Positions 9,470-20,019 of a stretch of DNA of 64,000 bases are shown in pieces. The stretch's first letter is position 1, and each line of letters opens with the position of its first letter. The position numbers were made by a program, and so were the translations under genes. The notes below the pieces were generated by a model, which worked only from the letters and a program-made list of their open reading frames with translations, searched no databases and was not told where the DNA came from. The DNA is from a virus (taxonomy: Duplodnaviria > Caudoviricetes): the IMG/VR virus record IMGVR_UViG_3300035698_029580; one strand, written 5' to 3'.

Positions 9470-9745
9470 ATGCATATTTTGTTTTTAATTTTTCTTGCAC
9501 TGGTCTTATTTTTCGTGATATATCCGAAAATTAAAAAAAGTGATAAGGTTAATAAATATGCTAAAGAGTTGTTGGAAGATGTTCCAGTTACTAAAAGTGT
9601 AGATGAAAAGATTACTAATGTAGAGAAAGGAATTAATGATTTAGAAAATTATTCAGAAGAGAATAAGAAGAAGCAGAAAGAGTTAGGATTAGAAAGTGAA
9701 AAGATAGATAAGTTTATTGGAAAGGACTTAGAAAAAGATGAATAA
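9470..9745 (+). CDS. Membrane-anchored coiled-coil protein
   Basis: N-terminal TM helix; precedes SPFH gene. Confidence 0.7.
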   Translation: MHILFLIFLALVLFFVIYPKIKKSDKVNKYAKELLEDVPVTKSVDEKITNVEKGINDLENYSEENKKKQKELGLESEKIDKFIGKDLEKDE

Positions 9746-11060
9746 GAAGCAGATCGTTTGGATTTCGATTGCGGCAGTTATAGTGATAGGATTTATTATT
9801 CTTGTAGCAGGTGGTATTGGCAAGAACAATGATCAAAATTGGCAGGTTATTCAAAGTGTCGGTGGGGCAGTAGTTATTAGAGATAAAGCAGGATATTATC
9901 CCAAATGGTTTGCCACTGTTTGGACATATCCTCGATATGTTGAAGCCACTTATAATGATGATGCTAGTGAAGGTGAGAAACCTAAGGAATCTATTCGGGC
10001 AACGTTTAATGATGGTGGCACTGCTGATGTTTGTACTTATGTAAGAATTTCAACTCCTGTATTAGAGGATAAACGTAAGGAATTTCATCGTCAATTTAGT
10101 GGTAACGTTCAAAATGCAACAATTGCAGTTCGTAATCATATGATAAACTGCATTAAGGCTGCAGCTCCGCTGATGAGTGCCTCAGAAAACCAATCTGCCC
10201 GTAAAGCAGAATTTGCTCAAGTAATTGAGAATATGCTAAAAACTGGTTTGTATAAGATGAATAAGATTGAAAAGGAATTAAAAGATCGTACAGATGAGAA
10301 GGGTAATCCTATCACTGTTTATGCTACGGAAATTATTGTAGACGGAGATGGTAATCCTATTATTTCTCAAAGTTCTCCTTTGGAGGAATATGGTATTTGT
10401 GTTATTCAATTTTCTGTAACTGCTATTGAGTATGATGAAATAACTCGTGAACAATTTGCTGCTAAGAAACAGAGTTTTCTACGTGCAGAGAATTCTAAGG
10501 CAGAACGAGAAGAGATGGTTCAAGGGCGTCTGATGATCATAGAAAAAGGTTTGAAGGACAAGGCAGAAGTTGAAGCAACAGCTAATAAAGATAAGGCTAA
10601 GGCAATTATTGAGGCTGAGAAAAAAGTTGAGTTAGCAGAGAAGGCTAAGCAAGAGGCTGAAACTCAGGCTAATATGAGGCTTGAGGTTGCTAAGATTGCT
10701 AAGATGGAAGCTGAGACTAAGGCAAATCAGGAGTTAGAAGTTGCTAAGGTTGGGGCAATGGCTGCTGAACAGGAAGCCAAAGCCATTCAGATATTGGCAA
10801 TTGCTCAAGAGGAAAAGATTAAGAAGGCTGGAGCGATTACCGAGAAGGAAAGGGTCACTCTTCAGATTGCTGCCGACCGTGATGCTCAGGTTGCTAGTTT
10901 TTTAGCAAATGTTAAGACTCCTCAGATTGTATTTAATGGAGGATCTGAGGCAGGTGGAAGTAATTGGAAAGATACTCTGATGAATTTGTACCTTTTGAAG
11001 CAAATGAAGGCTCTTCCAAGTGATGATGTTGTGCCTGTAATGGAAGCAGCCACAAATTAA
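9738..11060 (+). CDS. SPFH/Band 7 (flotillin-like) membrane protein
   Basis: N-terminal TM, FNDGG motif, long A/E-rich coiled coil. Confidence 0.8.
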   Translation: MNKKQIVWISIAAVIVIGFIILVAGGIGKNNDQNWQVIQSVGGAVVIRDKAGYYPKWFATVWTYPRYVEATYNDDASEGEKPKESIRATFNDGGTADVCTYVRISTPVLEDKRKEFHRQFSGNVQNATIAVRNHMINCIKAAAPLMSASENQSARKAEFAQVIENMLKTGLYKMNKIEKELKDRTDEKGNPITVYATEIIVDGDGNPIISQSSPLEEYGICVIQFSVTAIEYDEITREQFAAKKQSFLRAENSKAEREEMVQGRLMIIEKGLKDKAEVEATANKDKAKAIIEAEKKVELAEKAKQEAETQANMRLEVAKIAKMEAETKANQELEVAKVGAMAAEQEAKAIQILAIAQEEKIKKAGAITEKERVTLQIAADRDAQVASFLANVKTPQIVFNGGSEAGGSNWKDTLMNLYLLKQMKALPSDDVVPVMEAATN

Positions 11061-11080
11061 ATAAGTTACTCACTTTCAAG

Positions 11081-11136
11081 CTCCCTCTTCTATCTAATTG
11101 TTACTGCCCTTACAATTGATAGAGAGGGAGTTTTTT
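11081..11136 (+). terminator. Intrinsic terminator abutting header motif
   Basis: CTCCCTCT/AGAGGGAG stem plus T-tract. Confidence 0.7.
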
Positions 11137-11208
11137 ATTTTCCAGCATTATATAATTTTTAATAATAACGTAGAAATTAATTATTACTTTATTGAAAGTG
11201 AGGTAAGA

Positions 11209-11979
11209 ATGAAGCCGAACGGAATTGTGATTTATGATGGACCGAGTAAGATTGATGGAAAGCCGATTATTTGTGTTGTTACAGGGCTTAGGGACAAAAC
11301 TGATAATGCTAAGACAGGCAGAGTTTTACAAAGTTGGATAATTCGTAAGGATATGACACCTGTTGACGCTTTAAAGACAGGTCAGGATTATAGTCTTTGT
11401 GGATCATGCAAACATCGTCATTTTCGGACGTGTTATGTTACGGTGCATATGGCACCCCAGTCTGTTTATGCTGCATATAAGAGGGGTGTTTATCCTCATA
11501 TTTCTGCAGAAAACAAGCAATTATTTGAAGGAAAAATTCTTAGGATAGGCAGTTATGGTGAGCCTACTGCTATTCCTTTTGAAGTTTGGGAAAATATCAT
11601 TAGTATAACTAATGGTCATACCAGTTATACTCATAGATGGAAGAAGTGTGATTCACGTTTTAAAGATATCTGTATGGCAAGTGTGGACACTTTAGCAGAG
11701 CTAAATGCTGCTCAGGCAAGGGGTTGGAGAACATTTAGGGTAAGGCTTGAAAATGAGCAAGTTATGCCTTATGAATTTGTATGTCCAGCTAGTAATGAGG
11801 CAGGTAATAAGACTAATTGTGCTAGTTGTAAGAACTGTCGTGGTGGTAGTTTAGAGCAAAATTCTAAGTGTCCTGTTATTATTGTTCATGGTAGTCCGAC
11901 TAAAATGGTATGTTATAAGAAGAAGATTAAATTATTCAGAGAAAAAAGGGCATATGCTAGGAATTTTCCAGCATTATAA
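11209..11979 (+). CDS. Cys-rich conserved phage protein (GP88-like, degenerate radical-SAM-like)
   Basis: NAKTG, CGSC..CY, LRIGSYGEP, YTH, C-terminal CPA..CASCKNC. Confidence 0.6.
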   Translation: MKPNGIVIYDGPSKIDGKPIICVVTGLRDKTDNAKTGRVLQSWIIRKDMTPVDALKTGQDYSLCGSCKHRHFRTCYVTVHMAPQSVYAAYKRGVYPHISAENKQLFEGKILRIGSYGEPTAIPFEVWENIISITNGHTSYTHRWKKCDSRFKDICMASVDTLAELNAAQARGWRTFRVRLENEQVMPYEFVCPASNEAGNKTNCASCKNCRGGSLEQNSKCPVIIVHGSPTKMVCYKKKIKLFREKRAYARNFPAL

Positions 11980-12016
11980 AAAATTATGTAATAAGATAAG
12001 AAAGAGGTAAAAAATT

Positions 12017-12319
12017 ATGAGTAAGATAAATGAAATAACAGGTCAATTACTTTTTAGGGATAGGGGATCTGCTAGTTCAGTTAAACCGAATGATGATAGA
12101 CAGTTATGGATGGTTACAGGTATTATAGCTGTACCTAACACTGAAATTGTTACTTCTCAATTAAAAGGTGAACATCAGTATGTAGTAACTGGGGATCAAC
12201 TTATCGAGGATAGTATTATACGATTAAATATTTTTCAAGGTTTAAATGTTGATAGGACTGAGATATCACGTGGGGCATATCCAGGACAATTATTGTGTTC
12301 TCCAATTTGGAAGATTTAA
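12017..12319 (+). CDS. Hypothetical protein
   Basis: ORF behind header motif, GAGG RBS. Confidence 0.7.
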   Translation: MSKINEITGQLLFRDRGSASSVKPNDDRQLWMVTGIIAVPNTEIVTSQLKGEHQYVVTGDQLIEDSIIRLNIFQGLNVDRTEISRGAYPGQLLCSPIWKI

Positions 12320-12349
12320 TTTTCCGGCAAAAAAGAAAGTGAGAAAAAG

Positions 12350-12853
12350 ATGAAGTATGAGGCAGAAATTGCAATTTTGATGCAAGATGGAAAATGGAAT
12401 GTAGATGTAGTAAAATTTTATTGTGCTACCATAAATGCTACTACTCCTGTAGAAATTGGAGAAGAAATTGAGAAAGCAGCATTGGAAAAATTTAGAAATA
12501 ATACGGATTTTATTGAATCTTTGTATAATTCTGGATGGAATGGTTGTGCCATTGTTTATTCATGGAAACAAATAAAAGATGATGGAGGAAGAGTTATTAA
12601 ACTTCCTTGTTATGATATAGTAGTTACATTAGATAGTGAGGTATCTGATCAAATTACTTCATCTTTACATAAAAATAGCACCGTTATGGAAGAGGAAGAT
12701 GTACAATATCAAGCTGCTATAGATGCTATTGAGTCAATTATAATGGCTCATGCTGTGGCAGGGGTAGACATAGAGACTCCTGCATATCTTGAGGGGATAG
12801 AGACAGCAGTAAATGCAATTGGTCAGAATTTTCCCATACCAGACGAAGATTAA
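12350..12853 (+). CDS. Hypothetical acidic protein
   Basis: ORF behind variant motif TTTTCCGGCA. Confidence 0.7.
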   Translation: MKYEAEIAILMQDGKWNVDVVKFYCATINATTPVEIGEEIEKAALEKFRNNTDFIESLYNSGWNGCAIVYSWKQIKDDGGRVIKLPCYDIVVTLDSEVSDQITSSLHKNSTVMEEEDVQYQAAIDAIESIIMAHAVAGVDIETPAYLEGIETAVNAIGQNFPIPDED

Positions 12854-12856
12854 ATT

Positions 12857-13048
12857 ATGTTTATTATTGTAACAGAAGATGAGAAGATAGCAATTTCTTA
12901 TTTAGGAAATAGAAGTTTTGATATTTGTGTTCAATCTTCTCCTTCTATAAAAATATGGAGAACTGAAAAAGATGCTTATAGATCTTTAAATAGATTGAAA
13001 AAAATGAGTCCTATGGGTTCTCGGATAATGAAAGTTAAAGAAAAATAA
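12857..13048 (+). CDS. Hypothetical protein
   Basis: Tightly packed co-oriented ORF. Confidence 0.55.
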   Translation: MFIIVTEDEKIAISYLGNRSFDICVQSSPSIKIWRTEKDAYRSLNRLKKMSPMGSRIMKVKEK

Positions 13049-13103
13049 ATAAAAGTGATAATATTTCCATTATAATACATTCAATTATATGAAAGGAAAT
13101 ATT

Positions 13104-13460
13104 ATGAGTGAAGAGAGAATTGACATGTACGGTATTTTAGATGACCCGAATATGACAATTGAGGTAGAAACATCAGATGGTTTATTGAAAAATATTTCTG
13201 GCTTTAATCGTTATATTATTTTCCAGGGTAGTCATGAGAAAAATACTAAAGGAAAAATTTACAAAGTAACAGAAGAGGGAACAAAATTTCAAGGTTATGT
13301 TGATTGTGATGAGGCTTTAAGTCTAATCAAAAAATGTAAAAGGGAGGATAGGGGAAGAGGTACAATTTTGTATGATGGAAGATGGAGATTATGGGATTGG
13401 GAGAAGGATGCAGAAAAAGTTATTAAGAAAAGGGTTAAAAAAGACGTAAAGAAAAGTTAA
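13104..13460 (+). CDS. Hypothetical protein
   Basis: ORF with AAGGA RBS. Confidence 0.7.
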   Translation: MSEERIDMYGILDDPNMTIEVETSDGLLKNISGFNRYIIFQGSHEKNTKGKIYKVTEEGTKFQGYVDCDEALSLIKKCKREDRGRGTILYDGRWRLWDWEKDAEKVIKKRVKKDVKKS

Positions 13461-13511
13461 TTTTCCAGCATTATAAAATTTGTGGCATTAAAATAAAAAC
13501 GGATCACTAAA

Positions 13512-13694
13512 ATGAAATTTAAATACACAAGAGTATTAGTTAGAACTATCGAAGTTAAATCGGAGTGGTATCCTAAAGGATCTACTAAGGAAGATATATT
13601 AAGAATTGAAAAAGAGAATGCAAATGATGATCCAGAGATGCTTTTTAGTACATGTGATGAAGATATAATTACAGTAGAAATTGTTGAAGAATAA
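13512..13694 (+). CDS. Hypothetical protein
   Basis: ORF behind header motif. Confidence 0.65.
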   Translation: MKFKYTRVLVRTIEVKSEWYPKGSTKEDILRIEKENANDDPEMLFSTCDEDIITVEIVEE

Positions 13695-13707
13695 GTGAGG
13701 ATTTCAG

Positions 13708-14667
13708 ATGTCGCATTTTACAGTATTGGTAATTGGACCTAAGAATGAAATAGAATTGGAAGAAGCTTTATATCCTTTTTGGGAATTGGATTTATCAGAA
13801 GAAGAGATGTTAAATGACCCAAGGGCTGTTTTTCAGATTGAAACAACTTCTGAGCAAGCTCAAGAAAAATATAATGCATTTGTAAAGAAATTACCTACTG
13901 CAAAACAAATTAGATATGCTTTTGATAATCTTTTGAGAAATGCAGATATTAATAGTATATCTCGTACACCACAACCTATTGATAAAGAAAAATTTGAGAA
14001 ATGGTGTGAAGATAATATTTTAGACCCTTATTGTGTGAAGGACAAGAGTACTATCACTAAGTTTCCAGATGTAGAAACATATATGAGGGAATATGAAGGA
14101 CAGAGGAAGGATGAGAAAGGTAATTGGGGTTGGTATAGAAATCCTCGATGTACTTGGGATTGGTATTTGGTGGGAGGTCGTTGGGCTGGATTTTTCAGAG
14201 TTAAAGAAGGTGCAGTAGGTGTACAAGGTCATCATCGAGCAAAGGATTTTGCTAATATAACAGGTGAAGTAGTAGAAGATTTAGCTAAGAATAGTGCTGA
14301 TATTGTGAAGGTGGGAGACATTGATTTTGAAGCCATGGAACAGGCTAATAAAGAAAAAAGGAAGAAGTGGTGGAAAGAGGCTTTTGAAAAGTATCCTAAT
14401 GATGCAAAAACGAGAAATTTAATTTTTTCTATTCAAGAAGATGATATTTTGGAGGAATATATTGCCAGGGAAAATAAATTTTCTACTTTTGCTGTTTTGA
14501 AGCAAGATGAAAATGGAGAATGGCAATGGTATGAGAGGGGAAAAATGGGTTTTTGGGGAATAGTATCAGATGAAAAAGAAGATGATAAGTGGGATGAGGA
14601 ATTTGAAAAGTTGATAAATGGTTTATACCAAGACACTGTTTTGACTTTGGTAGATTGTCATATTTGA
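13708..14667 (+). CDS. Conserved phage protein (MSHFTVLV / WDWY..GGRW family)
   Basis: MSHFTVLVIG, NP..WDWY.VGGRW, terminal LVDCHI. Confidence 0.75.
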   Translation: MSHFTVLVIGPKNEIELEEALYPFWELDLSEEEMLNDPRAVFQIETTSEQAQEKYNAFVKKLPTAKQIRYAFDNLLRNADINSISRTPQPIDKEKFEKWCEDNILDPYCVKDKSTITKFPDVETYMREYEGQRKDEKGNWGWYRNPRCTWDWYLVGGRWAGFFRVKEGAVGVQGHHRAKDFANITGEVVEDLAKNSADIVKVGDIDFEAMEQANKEKRKKWWKEAFEKYPNDAKTRNLIFSIQEDDILEEYIARENKFSTFAVLKQDENGEWQWYERGKMGFWGIVSDEKEDDKWDEEFEKLINGLYQDTVLTLVDCHI

Positions 14668-14678
14668 TAGGAGAAAAA

Positions 14679-15143
14679 ATGGCAGAATTAAAAATTATAA
14701 AAGGTGATGCCACTGATCCTAATTTGGCTGATGATGCTCGTATTTGTATTCCTCATGTATGTAATGACATAGGAGCATTTGGAGCCGGATTTGCTAAGGC
14801 ATTAGCAGATAAATGGCCTCGTGTGAGACGGGCATATATTGATGAAGGAGATTGGTTATTGGGTGCTAATATATATGCCAAGGCAACAGATAATATTGCT
14901 ATTTGTCATATGATAGCTCAGCATAATTTAATTGGTAAAGATAATCCTCATCCTTTGAGATATTTGGCACTGATTAGTTGTATGAAAAAAGTTGGTGTTA
15001 GGGTTAACGGACATAAAGGTACTATTCATTGTCCGTTATTTGGAAGTGGATTAGCTGGAGGTTCTAAGTTTGCTATTGTACAATTGATGAAAGAGATATG
15101 GGTAGAAAAGGGAATTGACGTAACGGTTTATGAATTACCATAA
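14679..15143 (+). CDS. Macro domain protein (Poa1p/DarG/TARG1-like)
   Basis: KGDAT, HVCND.G.FGAGFA, CP.FGSGLAGG. Confidence 0.85.
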   Translation: MAELKIIKGDATDPNLADDARICIPHVCNDIGAFGAGFAKALADKWPRVRRAYIDEGDWLLGANIYAKATDNIAICHMIAQHNLIGKDNPHPLRYLALISCMKKVGVRVNGHKGTIHCPLFGSGLAGGSKFAIVQLMKEIWVEKGIDVTVYELP

Positions 15144-15160
15144 TTTTGAGAGGTAAAAAA

Positions 15161-15460
15161 ATGAAAATGATGAAATTAATTCCAATTTTGGGAATTATTG
15201 GGGCAATTTTAATTGTATCTGTTTTAACAGTAATGATATGTATTAGTTATTTTGGTATGAGCAGAGAAGAGTCTCTTATTTCTTCTACTCCGGAAAATTC
15301 TTTTTCTTATTCAGGAATTTATACTAAAAGGGTTTATGGGCATGGTCATTTATCTGGAATTGGAGTAGATTGCATTCAAAATGATAAAGGTGAAATAACT
15401 AACATTATTGTTGTAAACAGTTATGGAATAACAATTTACAGGGATATTACTTTTGATTAA
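15161..15460 (+). CDS. Membrane-anchored hypothetical protein
   Basis: N-terminal TM; GAGG RBS. Confidence 0.65.
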   Translation: MKMMKLIPILGIIGAILIVSVLTVMICISYFGMSREESLISSTPENSFSYSGIYTKRVYGHGHLSGIGVDCIQNDKGEITNIIVVNSYGITIYRDITFD

Positions 15461-15512
15461 TAATTTTCCAGCATTATAAAATTTTTTGTAATAAAATAAA
15501 AACGGGAAAATT

Positions 15513-15791
15513 ATGATTTGTTTAAAGTGTGGATACTGTTGTAAATATTTAAGTGTGATAATAGTAGATGACCCTAAAAAAGGGATTGTTGAAGATAATC
15601 TTATTCACCATAGGGGTGACGGTACTCCGTGTAAACACTTGAGGGGAAGTAAGTTAGGAGAGTATTCTTGTGCTATTCATTCTGAACCGTGGTACAAAGA
15701 TACACCTTGTTTTGCTCATACTCAAGTAGAGCAAAAAAATAGTAAATGTAGAATGGGTGATTATTTATTTTCCAGCATTATAAAAAAATAA
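15513..15791 (+). CDS. YkgJ-like cysteine cluster protein
   Basis: CLKCGYCC..PCKHL..CAIH..C. Confidence 0.7.
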   Translation: MICLKCGYCCKYLSVIIVDDPKKGIVEDNLIHHRGDGTPCKHLRGSKLGEYSCAIHSEPWYKDTPCFAHTQVEQKNSKCRMGDYLFSSIIKK

Positions 15792-15817
15792 GTAATAAAA
15801 TAAAAAAGGAATTAAAA

Positions 15818-16051
15818 ATGGCAAAACGAAGAAATCCTATGACAGAACAAGAAACAGCAGATTTTGAAAAAAGGCTGTTGGAAATATGGAGGACTGTTTA
15901 TAATAAAGCTATAAATTCAGGTGCTTTTCCCGATGAGTATTTTGAGTTTGGCGACCATACTATGGCAGAAATTGCAGCTGTTGTTATGGGTGACGAATTC
16001 TCTTTTAATTCACAAGATAAGAAACTTTTGGATAACTTCAGAAAATTTTAG
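15818..16051 (+). CDS. Hypothetical protein
   Basis: ORF behind header motif. Confidence 0.7.
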   Translation: MAKRRNPMTEQETADFEKRLLEIWRTVYNKAINSGAFPDEYFEFGDHTMAEIAAVVMGDEFSFNSQDKKLLDNFRKF

Positions 16052-16062
16052 GAGTAATTAAA

Positions 16063-16572
16063 ATGGGTTGGTTACACACACAAGATGCTACTAAGAAAGA
16101 TGTTGTTGAAGATATTATTCATGGTTTCAGTTTTCGTAATGATACTAAAGACTTTACTTCCAAGTGTTTACGTCATTGTCTTAAAGGAAATGTACTTTGG
16201 CTTCTAGTAGAATATTCTTATGATAATGGAAAAATTGATAAGTGGATTGGTTGTTATCTGTTGAGAAGTGATAAAGGTTATGGGTATGGATATAAGGATA
16301 TGGATGAGTCCGTTCACCCTTATTATTATAGTTGTCCTTTGTCTTATCTTGAGTTGGCTCCTGTCGTTTGTGAAGAATGGAGGGAGGGAGTTAGAGAATA
16401 TCATCAGCAATTTGAGGTTGCAAAGACAGTTAAAGTTGGACAAAGGGTAAAATTGGTTGATGGTTGTGTAATTCCTGAAGTGGTTATTATGAGCAAAAAG
16501 CCTTTATTGGGAAGTTATGAGGGAAGTACTTATAGAGTTAAGAAAAAATTGATTGAGAGTATTATAGGATAA
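16063..16572 (+). CDS. DUF6927-like protein
   Basis: MGW..GYKDMDES.HPYYYSCP..WR. Confidence 0.65.
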   Translation: MGWLHTQDATKKDVVEDIIHGFSFRNDTKDFTSKCLRHCLKGNVLWLLVEYSYDNGKIDKWIGCYLLRSDKGYGYGYKDMDESVHPYYYSCPLSYLELAPVVCEEWREGVREYHQQFEVAKTVKVGQRVKLVDGCVIPEVVIMSKKPLLGSYEGSTYRVKKKLIESIIG

Positions 16573-16624
16573 TTTTCCAGCAAAATAAAAAAAATAGATA
16601 TACAAGTATAAAGTGAGAAAAAAA

Positions 16625-16810
16625 ATGGACAAAAAGAGTTTAGAAGAAATTTATCGAGAAAAGATTAGGATTTTGTTGTCTGCCTGTGTATCAGTATCCG
16701 GGGCTCACGCTCATATTGAAACGTGTGATATGCCTGGTTGGTTGGAAGAGGTGGAAGAGGCTATCAAAGAAGCAAGTAAGCCTATACCACAGGTCAAACC
16801 AAGAGCATAA
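16625..16810 (+). CDS. Hypothetical protein
   Basis: ORF behind header motif. Confidence 0.6.
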   Translation: MDKKSLEEIYREKIRILLSACVSVSGAHAHIETCDMPGWLEEVEEAIKEASKPIPQVKPRA

Positions 16811-16830
16811 TTTTACAGGAGAAAAAATTT

Positions 16831-18150
16831 ATGTCTAGTAAATCTGGTAGAAGTAAAAGGAAACGTATTAGAGATGGAAATAGTTGGACTAAAAAAGACA
16901 ATTCTATTAAGAAAGGTTCTGAAATGAAGAAGAATGCAAGTCCCGGTTTTAATGGTACTTCTGATGCAAATCATGGTTTTGTAGGCACTTCCAACGATGA
17001 GGATATTATAGTGCCTGCTCAATTGTGTACTCAAGGGGATAAGATAATGGTAATTGGTTCTCTTACCCATAAACAATTAGAGCAAATATCTGAAGCGGCT
17101 TATTATGAAGACCAAGAGGGTTATCAAAGACGATTTACAGAGAAGAGAAGTGAGGCATTCCAAGATTTTTTACTGAAGGGAGGAATTTCTCCTCCAAACA
17201 TAGTTTTGAATGACAGAGGAGGTAAATCTACTGAGTTTATTCCTATCAAGAAAAATTCTATTCAAGGAAATCTGAGATTTAAGAAAGGCAAAAAGGTTGG
17301 TATTGTTGATGGGCAAACCCGGGTAAAGGGTTTAGTTGATGCAGGTAATAATGGTTTAAAGGGAGTTTTTCAAATTTCTTTTTCTTTAATGAGTTTAAAG
17401 AATGAGATAGGAGAAGCTTCTCAATTCTGTACGATAAATGATAAACAAGCGGCTGTCAAGAAATCTCATCTAGCTGCTGTTTATGATTTAATTACACAAC
17501 AAGGGGGAGAGGATGAATTGTCTGACGAACAGATTAAACGAGGTATTATTTCTGATGCCTTACGGCAACTTCATTTAGATGAGAGCTCACCTTTTTATGA
17601 TATATTTAAATTGCCTGATGAATATCCGTATACAAATCAGCAAAAGAAAGATTTTCCAATATATGGACATAGACGTTGGGTTTCACAAGAATCTGTTATA
17701 AGTAGTTTGGTTAAAGGAGCTTATAACTGGTTGAATAATCGTCATTTTGTTCCGGACAATGATACGAAATATAGAGCTGATTATTTGGCACAAATTTTAA
17801 AGAATTATTATTCTGCTATTAAAGATATTATTCCTGATGCTTTTAATTATGGAAGGAATTATGTTGTTCTTAAAGGTGCGGGAGTTTATATTTTAACAGG
17901 TTTGCTTACTAAGTTTTTGGAATATATGAAAATAAAAGATATGTCTTTTAGTAAAAGGAATTTTGCCAAACTTTTGTCTAAGTGTGATTTGCTTCATGAA
18001 AAAGAAAAGTGGATGGGTTCTAATAAAAATCTTAAACAGAAGGCAGGTTGGATTGTAAAGAATCATGCTAATCAAGCTGCTTATAAGCCTTTGGTTGTTA
18101 AGATTTATAATTATACTATGAGAAATATAGAGGAAGAGAAACTAGTTTAA
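16831..18150 (+). CDS. DGQHR/DndB-like (ParB-related) domain protein
   Basis: GYQR, IVDGQTR, F..IN..Q. Confidence 0.8.
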   Translation: MSSKSGRSKRKRIRDGNSWTKKDNSIKKGSEMKKNASPGFNGTSDANHGFVGTSNDEDIIVPAQLCTQGDKIMVIGSLTHKQLEQISEAAYYEDQEGYQRRFTEKRSEAFQDFLLKGGISPPNIVLNDRGGKSTEFIPIKKNSIQGNLRFKKGKKVGIVDGQTRVKGLVDAGNNGLKGVFQISFSLMSLKNEIGEASQFCTINDKQAAVKKSHLAAVYDLITQQGGEDELSDEQIKRGIISDALRQLHLDESSPFYDIFKLPDEYPYTNQQKKDFPIYGHRRWVSQESVISSLVKGAYNWLNNRHFVPDNDTKYRADYLAQILKNYYSAIKDIIPDAFNYGRNYVVLKGAGVYILTGLLTKFLEYMKIKDMSFSKRNFAKLLSKCDLLHEKEKWMGSNKNLKQKAGWIVKNHANQAAYKPLVVKIYNYTMRNIEEEKLV

Positions 18151-18167
18151 GTTTTTTTGTTTTGCTT

Positions 18168-18201
18168 AAACCGCCAGAATATTATTTTCTGGCGGTTTTT
18201 T
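18168..18201 (+). terminator. Intrinsic terminator
   Basis: AAACCGCCAGAA/TTCTGGCGGTTT plus T-tract. Confidence 0.8.
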
Positions 18202-18278
18202 ATTTTCTATAAAAAAATTTTCTTCAAAAGTGAAAAAATGGTCGATATAATAAGACTATTAACTTTTGAGGAAAATAA

Positions 18279-18998
18279 ATGATAAATACAATTATTCAGG
18301 GAGACTGCAAGATACTGTTTCCCGAAATTTCAAAAAAATATAAAATAGATTTAATTTTAACAGATCCTCCATATAACATAAATTTCAAAGGGTATGATGT
18401 TTATAAAGATAATTTATCGGAAGATGAATATATATCATTACTTTCTATGTTCAAGGGTTATCCTTGTTGCCTTATTCATTATCCTGAAGAAACTACAAAA
18501 TATGTCGTTCCAGCTTTAGGTACAGATATTACCAAAAAAATAGTTTGGTGTTATGATTCTAATGCTTTTACACCAGACCATAATCCAAGACTTTTTCGTG
18601 ATATTTCCATTTATAATAAGGTACCTGACTTTACTAGAATTAAGAGACCTTATAAATGGCCGAATGATCCAAGAACTCAAAAAAAAATTAGAGATGGTAG
18701 TGAAGGTAGGAAGTTAGCTGATTGGTGGGATGATATAACTGTAGTCAGGAATGTTCATAAGGAGAAAACAGAACATCCTTGTCAAATTCCAGTTAAGATA
18801 TTTGAGAGATTATTATTGTTATTGACTAATGAAGGTGATTTGATAGTTGACCCATTTATAGGTTCTGGTAGTGTGGCATTGGCTTGTCTTTGGACTAACA
18901 GGCGTTATATAGGCATCGAACTTTCTGAGAAGTATGTAGAAATATCTAACAAGAGGATTGAGGCATGGGAGAGCAAGCATATTGATATATTTGGGTAG
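18279..18998 (+). CDS. Site-specific DNA methyltransferase (N4-C/N6-A, beta class)
   Basis: TDPPY then HP.Q.P and DPFIGSGS. Confidence 0.9.
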   Translation: MINTIIQGDCKILFPEISKKYKIDLILTDPPYNINFKGYDVYKDNLSEDEYISLLSMFKGYPCCLIHYPEETTKYVVPALGTDITKKIVWCYDSNAFTPDHNPRLFRDISIYNKVPDFTRIKRPYKWPNDPRTQKKIRDGSEGRKLADWWDDITVVRNVHKEKTEHPCQIPVKIFERLLLLLTNEGDLIVDPFIGSGSVALACLWTNRRYIGIELSEKYVEISNKRIEAWESKHIDIFG

Positions 18999-19172
18999 GT
19001 GAGTCTTCTTGTGATGCCCATAAAAGGGCTCAGAATGGCTCAGGATCAATTTTTTCTTCTTATAAGGCGTTTTATACGTCTTTTTTTTATTTATAGGAAA
19101 AATTTATTTTCCAGCATTATAATTTTATTTGTAATAAAATAAAAAACCATTAAAATTGAAAGAATTGAAAAG

Positions 19173-19394
19173 ATGAGATTCACTTGTTCTGAATGTTGTT
19201 GTCATAAGGTCTATTTTGTAGAAGATGTTAGAGCATATAGGATTACATCTGTTTCTGTCAATGATTATGGTGTTGAACAGAGGGACAATTATTCTGATTT
19301 AGAAGCTGTAGAAAATCCTAAAGACGATTGGTATGAGTGTGGTGATTGCAGAAAAATATTTACAAAAGAAGAATTCCAAAAATGTATTATTTAA
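19173..19394 (+). CDS. Zn-ribbon protein (related to 33725..33988)
   Basis: FTCSEC..YECGDC. Confidence 0.65.
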   Translation: MRFTCSECCCHKVYFVEDVRAYRITSVSVNDYGVEQRDNYSDLEAVENPKDDWYECGDCRKIFTKEEFQKCII

Positions 19395-19471
19395 TAAATT
19401 TTAAATAATTTTCCAGCAAAATAATTTTATTTGGATTAAAATAAAAACCATTAAAATGAGAGGTAACAAAG

Positions 19472-19942
19472 ATGAGTACAAGATGTCAAGTTAAAGTATT
19501 GGGAGACAATGACTTAGAGAATGTTATGCTTTATCATCATTGTGATGGATATCTTTCGAATATGTTACCTATTATTTATAGGGCATATAAATATGGTATA
19601 AAACCTAAGGCTCTCTCTCCAGGTGGGGAAAAGTATGATATGAGTTGGAAATCTCGTAGAGCTGGTCATTGTGCTTCATTTCTTTGTCATATGGATCCTT
19701 TGGAATTTCAACCTGAGTCAGGTTTTGATTTACATGGTGACATTGAATATTATTATGTTATTTATGTATATGGGAATTTATCTGAGTGGAGACTTAGGGT
19801 ATATGTTCCTAAGAAGGATATTTTTTGGGATGATCCTTGTTTGGAAAATATGAATTTGTTAATTGGAGAACATTCTATTTCTGATTTAGTTAACTCTAAG
19901 GGCAAATTGAGAAAGAAAATAAGGGAGTTAGTTGGAAGTTAA
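19472..19942 (+). CDS. Conserved phage protein (MSTR..YxHxDGY family)
   Basis: MSTRC, LYHHCDGY, HGDIEYYY. Confidence 0.7.
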   Translation: MSTRCQVKVLGDNDLENVMLYHHCDGYLSNMLPIIYRAYKYGIKPKALSPGGEKYDMSWKSRRAGHCASFLCHMDPLEFQPESGFDLHGDIEYYYVIYVYGNLSEWRLRVYVPKKDIFWDDPCLENMNLLIGEHSISDLVNSKGKLRKKIRELVGS

Positions 19943-20019
19943 TAATTTTCCAGCAAAATAATTTTTTATGTATAGAATTGTAGTTACTAAATAATGTTTT
20001 TTGATGAAGGAGTTTTGAG

